Sequence record: DRR378314_2631
Direction: 5' to 3' (one strand)
DNA: 45,962 bases
Shown: one piece after another, positions 1 through 9,065 of the stretch
Layout of the letters: every line of letters begins with the position of its first letter
How positions within the stretch are numbered: position 1 is the stretch's first letter
Translations under genes and position numbers: made by a program
Notes under the pieces: model-generated
Database searches by the model: none
What the model was told of the DNA's origin: nothing
The model's input: only the letters and a program-made list of their open reading frames with translations

Positions 1-57
1 TAGAGCGCTGCCCTCCGAAGGCAGAGGTCACACGTTCGAATCGTGTCGGGTGCGCCA
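1..57 (+). tRNA. tRNA-Arg(CCG), 5' end truncated by window edge
   Basis: Anticodon stem CTGCC/GGCAG with loop CTCCGAA (anticodon CCG), T-arm ACACG-TTCGAAT-CGTGT, encoded 3' CCA at 55-57. Confidence 0.95.
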
Positions 58-124
58 AATTTCTTCTTTGACTTTCGAACCCAAAAACGGGGAAACTTTG
101 TCCTTCGAGGTCAGCTGTTGGGGT

Positions 125-1225
125 TTAACCAAAGCGTCCCGGGTTGAGCTTGGCAATCACGTCGGAGGAGATCTGGCTATCCTCGCCCAGGACCAAACTA
201 GCCGCTAGCTGAGAGAGCGCCGGAGCGGTTTGAATGCCGTAACCGCCTTGGCCGGCCAGCCAGAAAAAACCCTCCTGCTCTGGATCGAACCCGACCACAG
301 GTGTTCGGTCTTCAACGAATGTGCGAAGTCCCGCCCAGCTATGTTCCAACCGATCAACAGTCAGCGTGGTTGCCTCTTCAAACCGGTGCAGGCCTTCAGC
401 CAGAACCATATCCTCTGGCCAGGCGTCATGCGGATCGACCGGGTCCTCATCCGCAGGTGAAACCATCAGTTTTCCGGCTTCTGGCTTGGCATAAAAGCTT
501 TCAGAGGCACTGACGAAAAGGGGCCAGGTGTCAAAACCGTCGATATCCGGCCGCGGCAGGATTGCGCCGGAGCGGCGCATGGGAATTGCACCGACCTTTG
601 CCGCACCGGCACGCTCCGCGATCACATCGGCCCAGGCGCCCGCTGCGTTAATCAGGATCTTTCCCTCAAGCTGGCCTGAGGGTGTACTGATTTTCCAAAT
701 TCCGTTTTCCCGAGCAATTTCAATAGCTTCGGAATTGGTCCGTAACTCACCGCCATTTTGACGCAACTGCCGCAGATATCCCTGCAGCATACGATCCACA
801 TCGATATCCTGTGCGCTTGGCTCAAAAGCTGCCTTCACAATGGGATCTTTTTTGAGGATCGGAACCAGCTCAACGGCTTCGGAGGGGGTCAGGATCTGCA
901 ACCCATCGGAGCCTTTTACATACTCTTCCAAATCCGCCAGCTCATGCTCACGCGCAAAAAACAGCTCCCCCCTGGGGGTGAGGAGGCTGCTATCGGAAAC
1001 CCCTTCGGGTTTTAAAAAGAAGGGTTCTGCCGCAGCGTTCAGCGCGCGAAGCACCGCATTTCCATAATTTCGAATGAAGATGGCGGCGGTTCGTCCAGAT
1101 GAATGATAACCGGGCGTAGCTTCTGTCTCCAACACAAGAACGCGCGCCTGTTTGGAGATCTCGGCGGCAGCGCTAATCCCTGCCATGCCGGCACCGACCA
1201 CAATCACATCTGCTGTTACTGTCAT
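125..1225 (-). CDS. FAD-dependent oxidoreductase, DAO / D-amino acid dehydrogenase family (D-arginine dehydrogenase-like)
   Basis: N-terminal VIVVGAGMAG FAD motif, GYHSSGRTAA, INAAGAWAD, WAGLR and GQGGYGIQTAP motifs; 4-nt overlap with upstream gene. Confidence 0.85.
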   Translation of the reverse strand: MTVTADVIVVGAGMAGISAAAEISKQARVLVLETEATPGYHSSGRTAAIFIRNYGNAVLRALNAAAEPFFLKPEGVSDSSLLTPRGELFFAREHELADLEEYVKGSDGLQILTPSEAVELVPILKKDPIVKAAFEPSAQDIDVDRMLQGYLRQLRQNGGELRTNSEAIEIARENGIWKISTPSGQLEGKILINAAGAWADVIAERAGAAKVGAIPMRRSGAILPRPDIDGFDTWPLFVSASESFYAKPEAGKLMVSPADEDPVDPHDAWPEDMVLAEGLHRFEEATTLTVDRLEHSWAGLRTFVEDRTPVVGFDPEQEGFFWLAGQGGYGIQTAPALSQLAASLVLGEDSQISSDVIAKLNPGRFG

Positions 1226-2244
1226 TTCGTTTCAAACCCGTTCAGGAAATTCTCGATATTATGTCCAAGATCTTCAGAAAGATAACCACCTTCCTGCACC
1301 AAAAGGGTCGGCAGGTTCAAGTCCGCAATTGCCCTGCCCAATCGGGCAAATCCAGGAGTTGTGATGGAAAGTCCCTGCAGAGGGTCATTCTCATGAGAAT
1401 CCAGACCCAACGCAACCACCAGAACGGTCGCGCCAAATGACTGAATTCGGGCAAGTGCCGGTTTCAATTGCTCCAGATATTCATCATCACCCGTGCCCCG
1501 CGGCAACGGAATGTTGAGGTTATAACCCTCTCCCAAGCCGTCGCCTCTTTCCTGTGCGCCGCCCCAGAAAAAGGGATAAAACCGATCCGGGTCGGCATGC
1601 AGTGAAACTGTCAAAACGTCAGAGCGTTTATAGAAGATCCCCTGGGTTCCATTACCGTGATGAACATCCACATCCAGAATCGCTGGTTTTAACCCCTTTT
1701 GACGCAAATAATCCGCAGCAATTGCTGAATTATTGAGAAAACAAAAACCCCCTGCCAGATCCGCGAAGGCATGATGTCCGGGGGGACGGCAAAGAGCGTA
1801 AGCGTCTTTCTCTCCCGCCAAAACCAAATCTGCACCAGATAAGGCCGTTTGCGCAGACCAATAGGCCGCTTCCCAGGTTCCCTCAGCGATCGGACAGGCT
1901 GTGTCCGCCTGATGATATCCGGCCTGACCAACAGCGGATTTGGGATAATTTGCAGCCCGGCTGTCCGGGTGAATATTGGGAATGACTTCATCGGAAGATC
2001 CCTCAATCCGCTTCCAGCGGGTATGTATAGTCTCCAGAAATGTTAAATATTCAGGCGAATGAACGGCCGCAATCGGACCGCGCCCGTGATCTTCAGGGGC
2101 GCTAAATTCAGCGCCAGCCCGTTTTGCGCCCTCTTCCAGGATGCGGATCCGTTCCGGCTGCTCCGGGTTGCGGAGCGATCGACCATTTGCCATGAAATTC
2201 TGGGGGTCATGCTTCCATTGACGCGCGTCAAATACGGCTTTCAT
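1222..2244 (-). CDS. Zn-dependent deacetylase, histone deacetylase / acetylpolyamine amidohydrolase family
   Basis: HSPEYL, RPPGHHA, GGFCFLNN, DVDVHHGNGTQ, LGLD and QEGGY motifs. Confidence 0.9.
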   Translation of the reverse strand: MKAVFDARQWKHDPQNFMANGRSLRNPEQPERIRILEEGAKRAGAEFSAPEDHGRGPIAAVHSPEYLTFLETIHTRWKRIEGSSDEVIPNIHPDSRAANYPKSAVGQAGYHQADTACPIAEGTWEAAYWSAQTALSGADLVLAGEKDAYALCRPPGHHAFADLAGGFCFLNNSAIAADYLRQKGLKPAILDVDVHHGNGTQGIFYKRSDVLTVSLHADPDRFYPFFWGGAQERGDGLGEGYNLNIPLPRGTGDDEYLEQLKPALARIQSFGATVLVVALGLDSHENDPLQGLSITTPGFARLGRAIADLNLPTLLVQEGGYLSEDLGHNIENFLNGFETK

Positions 2245-2717
2245 TTTCGTCCTCGTATGTTTGAGAAATCATCTCGCTGAAGGATCATGGTCTTGGCCTC
2301 CGTCTCCACAGTAAAACCCAGCCGAAGGTAGGTTTTATAGGCTGCAGGATTACTGTTATAAACTGCCAGTCGGATCATTTTTATCTCTGCGGCGTCATTG
2401 GCAATTGCTGCCGCCATCAATCGGGGGCCAAGACCCTGCCCCCGCATTTTTTCCGCAACCCAGAGATCCGAGACATAGAGCCCCTTTCCACCCTTAGTCG
2501 TTGAAATAAAGGGGGAATAAAGAACAGCACCGACAATTTCCTGATCCTGTTCAGCCACCAACGCCATTGCCGATATGGCGGGCCCGAAAAGCGCCGCCTG
2601 CAATTCATCATCAGTGATCCGATGGGGATCGCCCATATGATCGGACAAGGCTCTTAAAGCCCTGTTCAGAAGGGGAATATCTACCTGCTCAATCGGCCGG
2701 ATAATTAGGTTTGTCAT
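2241..2717 (-). CDS. GNAT family N-acetyltransferase (diamine/SSAT-like)
   Basis: LYVSDLWV-RGQGLG acetyl-CoA binding motif A, N-x-x-A-x-x-x-Y-x-x-LGF motif B; ATGA overlaps at both ends. Confidence 0.85.
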   Translation of the reverse strand: MTNLIIRPIEQVDIPLLNRALRALSDHMGDPHRITDDELQAALFGPAISAMALVAEQDQEIVGAVLYSPFISTTKGGKGLYVSDLWVAEKMRGQGLGPRLMAAAIANDAAEIKMIRLAVYNSNPAAYKTYLRLGFTVETEAKTMILQRDDFSNIRGRK

Positions 2718-3643
2718 TGAAATCTCGTATTTTCTGATCCTTTTAAGGATAACATCTTGCGGGCATCGGCAGGTGTTGCCACATCACGGCCCAGCTCCTC
2801 AACAATCCGCCGGATCTTTTCGACCTGGCTAGCATTGGAGGGGGCGAGCTGTCCCTTATCGATAAAAAGGTTATCTTCCAGACCCACCCGAACATGACCG
2901 CCCATGGTCGCGGCCATGGTCGCCAGCGGTATTTGATGACGGCCTGCCGCCAATACTGAAAATTCATAATCCGCCCCAAACAACTTGTCTGAAATCCGTT
3001 TCATATGAATAAGGTTTTCCGGATCTGCGCCGATCCCGCCCAAAACCCCGAAAACAAACTGGATAAAAAGCGGTTTTTGCACCAGCCTCCGGTCGACAAA
3101 ATGGCGCAGCATATAAAGATGACCAACATCATAGCATTCAAACTCGAAACGGGATCCTCGCTGCTTCCCCATCTGGTCCAGTACATAGGCGATATCGCGG
3201 GGGGTGTTTTTAAAAACCAGATCGTCCGAGTTTTCCAGAAACTCTTTTTCCCAGTTATGTTTCCAGTCACTTATTCGCTCTGCCAGTGGATAAAGCGCGA
3301 AATTCATCGTCCCCATATTGAGCGAACACATTTCCGGCTCAACAATGAATGGGGCGGCAAGTCGCTCCTCCAACGGCATGAGCGCGCTACCGCCGGTGGA
3401 AATGTTGATCACTGCGTCCGACGCCTCGTTAATCATCGGCAAAAATGCCATGAAATCCTCAGATTTTGAGGAAGGCCGGCCGCTTTGCGGATCACGGGCA
3501 TGCAGATGAATAATCGCAGCCCCAGCGTCCGCAGCGGCGATGGACTGCTCTGCAATCTGTTCGCCGGTGATGGGCAGATAGTCAGACATGGAAGGGGTAT
3601 GAATGGAGCCTGTAACAGCACAGGTAATGATGATTTTGCTCAT
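2714..3643 (-). CDS. Beta-keto acid cleavage enzyme (BKACE / DUF849, 3-keto-5-aminohexanoate cleavage enzyme family)
   Basis: IIITCAVTG start, AIIHLHARD (Zn HxH), PEMCSLNMG, VRVGLEDN; start moved to ATG at 3643. Confidence 0.92.
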   Translation of the reverse strand: MSKIIITCAVTGSIHTPSMSDYLPITGEQIAEQSIAAADAGAAIIHLHARDPQSGRPSSKSEDFMAFLPMINEASDAVINISTGGSALMPLEERLAAPFIVEPEMCSLNMGTMNFALYPLAERISDWKHNWEKEFLENSDDLVFKNTPRDIAYVLDQMGKQRGSRFEFECYDVGHLYMLRHFVDRRLVQKPLFIQFVFGVLGGIGADPENLIHMKRISDKLFGADYEFSVLAAGRHQIPLATMAATMGGHVRVGLEDNLFIDKGQLAPSNASQVEKIRRIVEELGRDVATPADARKMLSLKGSENTRFQ

Positions 3644-3653
3644 GGGGAATTGA

Positions 3654-4997
3654 TCAATATGCGTTGTTAAGGGGGAGAGATTCTGACTTTGCAAACATGT
3701 CGAGGGATTTGACCAGAAGCGTCATGATCTCCTCCACCTGCTCATGGGAAATAATCATCGGCGGACAAACAAGAAAATGATCGCCTTCCACGCCGTTCCG
3801 GGTCCGCCGGGAATAAATAATCAAGCCGTTTGAATACGCAATATCCACAAGTTTCAGATAAGCATTCTTCTCTTTGGGAAGCGGCTTCAACGTTTCTGTA
3901 TCCGTAACCAGCTCAAAGGCCAGCAAAAGTCCTTCGCCGCGAACATCACCAATAAACGGATACCGTTTCATCAGATCCTGTATCTGGCCTTTCAGATAAG
4001 ACCCCATCGTCCGTGCATTTGCGATCATGTCCTGGTTCTGAATTTCTTCCAGAACCGCAAGACCTGCGGAACAGGCCAACGGATTTCCGGCATAGGTAAA
4101 ACCGTGCAGAAAGCCACCGCTCTCAATTACGGCTTCGACAATCGGGTCGTCCGCTATCATCGCCCCAAGGGGGGAGTATCCCGCTGCAAACCCCTTGGAA
4201 AATGTGATGATATCGGGCCTTGCATCCCAGTGATCCACGGCAAAAAAGTGACCAGTACGGCCGCCACCTGTCATGACCTCATCATAAATCAGGAGAATAC
4301 CATACCGGTCACAAATATCCCGGATACGCTCCATATATCCGGAGGGAGGCACCAATGCACCGGTGGACGCACCACCAACGGGTTCGACAATAAACGCCAA
4401 TACAGTCTCTGCGCCCTCTTCCTGGATTTTCTGCTCCAGCAGGTCCGCGTAATACTGTCCGGTTGCCGGATCAGAAGGATCTTTTTTATCCAGATACGCT
4501 GTGGGTGCTGCAATTTTCGGCATGGCCTGATACATGGGTGAAAACGGCCGGGTCAGCGGATCATATCCTGTGAGCGCCAATGCCCCGAGCGTGCAGCCAT
4601 GATAACTGGGAGAGCGGGAAATCACCTTCCATCGGCTCTCCTGCCCTGTAACCACCGCATACTGGCGGGCCAGCTTAATGGCACTTTCCACCGCCTCCGA
4701 TCCGCCGGAAACGAAAAAGACCTTGTCCAGGCCGTCTGGTGCATGGGCTGCGACACGTGCTGCCAACTGCTCGGACGGTTCTGTTTCAAAATGCAGGCGA
4801 TAGCCAAAGGTTGATTTATCCATCTGACGGCGCATCGCCTCCAGAACGTGAGGGTTGGAGTGGCCAATGTTACAGACCATCGCACCGGATGATCCATCCA
4901 GATACCGTTTTCCCTCCACATCCCACATATAGACGCCCCTGGCTTCAGCCAATGTGGGGCGCTTCGTTCCTGTCTGATAGAACAGATGGCTGGACAT
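3654..4997 (-). CDS. Class III PLP aminotransferase (omega/beta-amino acid type)
   Basis: YLDGSSG, SGGSEAVE, SYHG, DEVMTGGGRTG, DIITFSKG (PLP lysine), HGFTY; ATG at 4997 overlaps the upstream TGA. Confidence 0.92.
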   Translation of the reverse strand: MSSHLFYQTGTKRPTLAEARGVYMWDVEGKRYLDGSSGAMVCNIGHSNPHVLEAMRRQMDKSTFGYRLHFETEPSEQLAARVAAHAPDGLDKVFFVSGGSEAVESAIKLARQYAVVTGQESRWKVISRSPSYHGCTLGALALTGYDPLTRPFSPMYQAMPKIAAPTAYLDKKDPSDPATGQYYADLLEQKIQEEGAETVLAFIVEPVGGASTGALVPPSGYMERIRDICDRYGILLIYDEVMTGGGRTGHFFAVDHWDARPDIITFSKGFAAGYSPLGAMIADDPIVEAVIESGGFLHGFTYAGNPLACSAGLAVLEEIQNQDMIANARTMGSYLKGQIQDLMKRYPFIGDVRGEGLLLAFELVTDTETLKPLPKEKNAYLKLVDIAYSNGLIIYSRRTRNGVEGDHFLVCPPMIISHEQVEEIMTLLVKSLDMFAKSESLPLNNAY

Positions 4998-6079
4998 CAG
5001 GCGTCTTCTCCGATGGCAACGCAATCTTCATTCCGGAACCGAACTGAAACCTTTTCTCCCTCTTCAAAGGCCCCGCGAGTTGCCAGCATATTCAACACCT
5101 GGAACTTTGTCCCTTTGACATCCACAAAGTAACGAACCAGCTGCCCCTGATAGTCAACCGCTTCAATTTTCCCGTCAAAAGCAGGGCGCCCGTCATCAGG
5201 TGCTGCAGCATCAACCAGCTCAATTTTCTCGGCCCGAAGAACCAGGTAAGCTGTTGCCCTGTCCCGGATTTTGACCATTTGTTCCTCTGCCATGGGAACA
5301 AAGCCGACGATGTCAGAGACCAATCCTACCTGACCGTCCTGATTGGATGGCGTTGCCTCCAAAATATTGGATGTACCTAAAAAATCTGCGACAAAGCGGC
5401 TATTTGGATTGGAATAAATGTCTTTAGGCGGCCCCACCTGCTCAACCCGACCATCGGACATCACAACCAATATGTCGGACATGGCCAGAGCTTCTGACTG
5501 ATCATGGGTCACGAAAACCGTGGTGATCCCGATCTGCTCCTGAATTCGTTTAAGTTCCACACGCATATCTTCGCGCAGGTTTGCATCAAGCGCGGAAAGC
5601 GGCTCATCCAGAAGAAGAACATCCGGCTCGATAACAATTGCCCGTGCCAGCGCGATCCTTTGCTGTTGTCCACCGGATAACTGTTTTGGATAACTCTCCG
5701 CCAGATGGGGCAGTTGAACCAGTTCCAGCGCCTCTTTCACACGCTGATCCATTTCAGCTTTGGAAACTTTGCGGTATTTCAACCCGAAGGCCACATTCTC
5801 GCGAACCGTCTTGTGGGGAAACAAAGCATAATTTTGAAAAACAATGCCCAGATTTCTTTTGTGAATGGGGATGTCATTGACTTTCCGTTCGCCAACGACA
5901 ATCTCTCCTTCGCTGGGGTCCAAAAGCCCTGCAATCATCCGAAGCGTTGTGGTTTTTCCGCATCCGGATGGACCCAGCAACGTCACGAAGCTCCCCTCCG
6001 GCAGGTCAAGCGACATCGGGTGAACGGCAGTGAAATCACCGAATTTTTTTACAATATTCTGCAGTTTGACAGCACTCAC
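4997..6079 (-). CDS. ABC transporter ATP-binding subunit, PotA-like
   Basis: Walker A GPSGCGKT, LSGGQQQR, LLLDEP, C-terminal TOBE-like region. Confidence 0.93.
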   Translation of the reverse strand: MSAVKLQNIVKKFGDFTAVHPMSLDLPEGSFVTLLGPSGCGKTTTLRMIAGLLDPSEGEIVVGERKVNDIPIHKRNLGIVFQNYALFPHKTVRENVAFGLKYRKVSKAEMDQRVKEALELVQLPHLAESYPKQLSGGQQQRIALARAIVIEPDVLLLDEPLSALDANLREDMRVELKRIQEQIGITTVFVTHDQSEALAMSDILVVMSDGRVEQVGPPKDIYSNPNSRFVADFLGTSNILEATPSNQDGQVGLVSDIVGFVPMAEEQMVKIRDRATAYLVLRAEKIELVDAAAPDDGRPAFDGKIEAVDYQGQLVRYFVDVKGTKFQVLNMLATRGAFEEGEKVSVRFRNEDCVAIGEDA

Positions 6080-6107
6080 GGATGGATCCCCTTTTGTTAA
6101 GATAGAT

Positions 6108-6134
6108 CCCTCTGTCGCCGTTGGCGACAGAGGG
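6108..6134 (-). other. Intra-operon stem-loop downstream of the solute-binding protein gene
   Basis: CCCTCTGTCGCC-GTT-GGCGACAGAGGG perfect 12-bp stem, no U-tract on the coding strand. Confidence 0.7.
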
Positions 6135-6142
6135 TCAGTGAC

Positions 6143-7282
6143 TTAGTAGCCTTTTTGGATACGTCCAAATTTCTTGGACCAGTCCTGCTCGTTGCCATTC
6201 CAGTAATTTGGATCCGCAAATGTGAGACCGGATAGAGATCCAGTAGGATCAAAGGCAGGAAGTTTTGGTATCTTGCTGCCCAGTTCAACCTTTGTTGGAT
6301 CCAGAGCTGGTGGATAGTTCTGGCCTTCAGCAACGGCAATGGAGGTTTCCGGCGCCAGCATGAAGTTCAATAGCTCCTCACAAGCCTCCATAGGGGATCC
6401 CTTGATCACAAACAGGCATTCCTGCCAGCCAAAACCGTTTGGTGGGTCCATATATCCAATATCATGACCCTGCTCCTGCAGCGCGTAGACACGTCCGGAC
6501 CAGGCTTCAGTGACATAGATTTCTTCTTCTGCCAGAAGGCTCATCAGCTCCGCACCGGAACCCCAATATTTCAGCAATAGATCACGATGAGTTCTTAAAG
6601 CTTCCCAGATCGCATCCATATCAGTTGCGCCATTGGGATCCTGGCCAGTTTGCAAGGAAGCGTACCAAATCCGGGTGCGCCAATCGCCCCAGCCGCCGAT
6701 TTTGCCTTTCAGCTTTTCTTCCAGAAGGATATTTGCTCCCTTCTCCTTCATTTCATCGTCTGAAATATATTTCCGGTTATAGGCAAGACCGGTTGTGCCA
6801 TAATCATAAGGAACGCAAGATAACTTGCCGTCCGTCACACCCCGGAAAACATCCGTCAGTTTTGAAATGACATATTTCAAATTGGGAATGTTTGCTTCAT
6901 TCAGCTCACTGGTTAGGCCAAGACCGTGGTAGCGGGCATAATCAAAAACCCCGGAAAGATGCGCAATGTTATATTCACCATTTTGACTTGCCTTCACCCG
7001 GGAAATATATTCATCACCGCTTCCAAATGTCCCATCGACCACCTTGATACCTGTTTTCTGGGTATATGGGTCAAAAGCGTGCTTTCGAAATGCTTCGGAG
7101 ACGACGCCCCCCCAACCATCAAACCGAACCTGTTCTGTGGCTGCAAAAGCGTGTTTTGCAAAAGGTGTCTGCAGACCATATGCAAGGCCTGCCGCACCGA
7201 TCAGACCAAGGAAAGACCGGCGTTCCATATCGCCGTTTCTGTATCTTTCCAGTAATCGTTCATAACGTTTTGTATTGTCCAT
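6143..7282 (-). CDS. ABC transporter periplasmic binding protein, PotD/PotF-like, Tat signal
   Basis: RRSFL twin-arginine motif plus hydrophobic helix and AFA cleavage site; WGG, GLAYN, AWSGR, ELLNFML motifs. Confidence 0.88.
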   Translation of the reverse strand: MDNTKRYERLLERYRNGDMERRSFLGLIGAAGLAYGLQTPFAKHAFAATEQVRFDGWGGVVSEAFRKHAFDPYTQKTGIKVVDGTFGSGDEYISRVKASQNGEYNIAHLSGVFDYARYHGLGLTSELNEANIPNLKYVISKLTDVFRGVTDGKLSCVPYDYGTTGLAYNRKYISDDEMKEKGANILLEEKLKGKIGGWGDWRTRIWYASLQTGQDPNGATDMDAIWEALRTHRDLLLKYWGSGAELMSLLAEEEIYVTEAWSGRVYALQEQGHDIGYMDPPNGFGWQECLFVIKGSPMEACEELLNFMLAPETSIAVAEGQNYPPALDPTKVELGSKIPKLPAFDPTGSLSGLTFADPNYWNGNEQDWSKKFGRIQKGY

Positions 7283-7321
7283 TAAATTATCCTCTCTGTT
7301 AGTGGTCTGCCATCGAACCGT

Positions 7322-8107
7322 CTAGCGCCCCTGTTTGTTCGCTAGCCGCCGGGCGATGGCAGCCCCAAGAAGGGGAACCCCGACGGTGAAGAAAATCATG
7401 ACCGAGCCAAGCGCGTTGATTTCCGGAGAAATGGAGTTGCGCAGCATGGCAAAAATCTGTGTGGGGACGGTCTCCACCCCACCCGGTTTCCAGAACAGGG
7501 TCCCTGTGATGTCATCAAAGCTGATGGTGAACGCAAACAGCATTCCAGCAAATACAGCTGGCGCCAACAACGGCAGGGTGATCTGGAAAAACGTCTGAAT
7601 GGGTGTAGCACCCAGGCTCATGGCTGCTTCTTCGACATCACGGCGGATACCGATCAGGCGCGCCTGAACCACCAGAACCACAAAGGGCAGCGTGAAAATC
7701 ACATGACCCATCAGCAACATGAAAAAGCTTTTATGAACGGACAGAAAATTTAGAAACAGCAACAATGCAACCGCCAAGACCACTTCGGGAACCAAAATCG
7801 GTGCGATCAACAAGGTGCTGATAAAATTACTACCCGGAACCTTGTAGCGAACCAGGGCAAGACTGGCCAGCACACCCAAAGTCGTCGAAATCACCGCTGT
7901 CAAAGCTCCCAACAGCAAAGATGTCTTGAAGGCTCGCAGAATGGCATCATTGCCAGCCAGCTCATAAAACCAGTGAAATGAGAAACCGGTGATCGGAAAA
8001 CTGCCGAACTGGTTCGCATTGAAGCTGAGCAGAACAACCACGCCAACCGGCAAAAACATGAACAGATAGACCAGAGCAGTCCATAATCGCACAAAAGTCC
8101 AGTTCAT
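7322..8107 (-). CDS. ABC transporter permease, PotC-like
   Basis: Hydrophobic helices, EAAMSLGA loop, FTISFDD; start moved to ATG 8107 (TAATG overlap). Confidence 0.92.
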   Translation of the reverse strand: MNWTFVRLWTALVYLFMFLPVGVVVLLSFNANQFGSFPITGFSFHWFYELAGNDAILRAFKTSLLLGALTAVISTTLGVLASLALVRYKVPGSNFISTLLIAPILVPEVVLAVALLLFLNFLSVHKSFFMLLMGHVIFTLPFVVLVVQARLIGIRRDVEEAAMSLGATPIQTFFQITLPLLAPAVFAGMLFAFTISFDDITGTLFWKPGGVETVPTQIFAMLRNSISPEINALGSVMIFFTVGVPLLGAAIARRLANKQGR

Positions 8108-8973
8108 TAGCCAAGCCCCTTCATCAATTGCTGCATTCCAAGGAAACGGTTGTACAGAAGCACAATTGACCCAAGAACAGCGATGAGAACCAAAGAAAGG
8201 ACAGAACCCAACGGCCAATCAAGCTGGGTAATAATGGCTTCAAAAACCAGATTGGCGAACATTGCATCCCGCGGTCCACCCAGAATTACCGGCGTAATAT
8301 AGGTCCCGGCCCCCAACACGAAGCAGAGAAGACCCCCAGCCGCCAATCCCGGCATGGAAAGTGGCAAGGTCACTTCCAAGAAGCTCTGCCAGCGGGTTGC
8401 ACCTAGGGAACAGGATGCATCCTCAAGATTCTGATCGATATCCTCAAGGCTGACATATACGTTCAACACCATGAACGGCAGCAAGAAGTGCACAAGACCC
8501 AGAACAACCGTCACTTCATTATAAAGCATTTGAAGCGGCTCATCGATCAGGCCAATCCCCACCAGAAGGCTATTGACCGCGCCGGAAACGCCCAGAATGT
8601 TAATCCAGGACATTGTCCGTATGATGTAACTTATCCAGAAAGGAAGCATCAACAGCAATAGAAGTATGGCTTTGTTGCCTTTGGCTCTGGCAATAAAATA
8701 AGCGGCTGGATACCCCATGACGGCACAGACAATTGTCGTAATGGCGGCTATTCGAAGGGTTTGCAGAAGGATGTCCCGATAGAAAATATCGGTCAGAACC
8801 TCCTGCCAGTTATCCAGATAAAACCCAACCTGATCTGCACCGGTCGCAGTTCTGAGCCAGAAAGAATAAACGATGATAAAAAGGAGCGGAATGATCAGCA
8901 GCAATAGAATTGATGTCAGCGCTGGTGACAATAATATCCAAGGCTGCCGTGCCTCCCGTTTTTCAATTGACAT
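8107..8973 (-). CDS. ABC transporter permease, PotB-like
   Basis: LPFWISYIIRT, LEDASCSLGA, ITPVILGG; ATG 8973 with GAGGGGG SD. Confidence 0.92.
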   Translation of the reverse strand: MSIEKREARQPWILLSPALTSILLLLIIPLLFIIVYSFWLRTATGADQVGFYLDNWQEVLTDIFYRDILLQTLRIAAITTIVCAVMGYPAAYFIARAKGNKAILLLLLMLPFWISYIIRTMSWINILGVSGAVNSLLVGIGLIDEPLQMLYNEVTVVLGLVHFLLPFMVLNVYVSLEDIDQNLEDASCSLGATRWQSFLEVTLPLSMPGLAAGGLLCFVLGAGTYITPVILGGPRDAMFANLVFEAIITQLDWPLGSVLSLVLIAVLGSIVLLYNRFLGMQQLMKGLG

Positions 8974-9019
8974 ATGACCCCCTCGATCAATTGCCTTGTA
9001 GGCTCGCAAAGGAAAAGGT

Positions 9020-9065
9020 ATAGATCAAATAGATACGGAAAATTGTAACTATAGATCAAAACTAT
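9020..9065. promoter_or_regulatory. Tandem LysR-type T-N11-A boxes in the divergent promoter
   Basis: ATAG-atcaaaa-CTAT (9051-9065, perfect dyad) and ATAG-atcaaat-AGAT (9020-9034). Confidence 0.7.

Noticed and set aside
6672-6683. 12-bp match (CGGGTGCGCCAA) to the tRNA-Arg 3' end, suggesting an att repeat of an island integrated at the tRNA
   Set aside because: Lies inside the intact SBP coding sequence in mid-operon; no integrase or obvious compositional shift; likely chance
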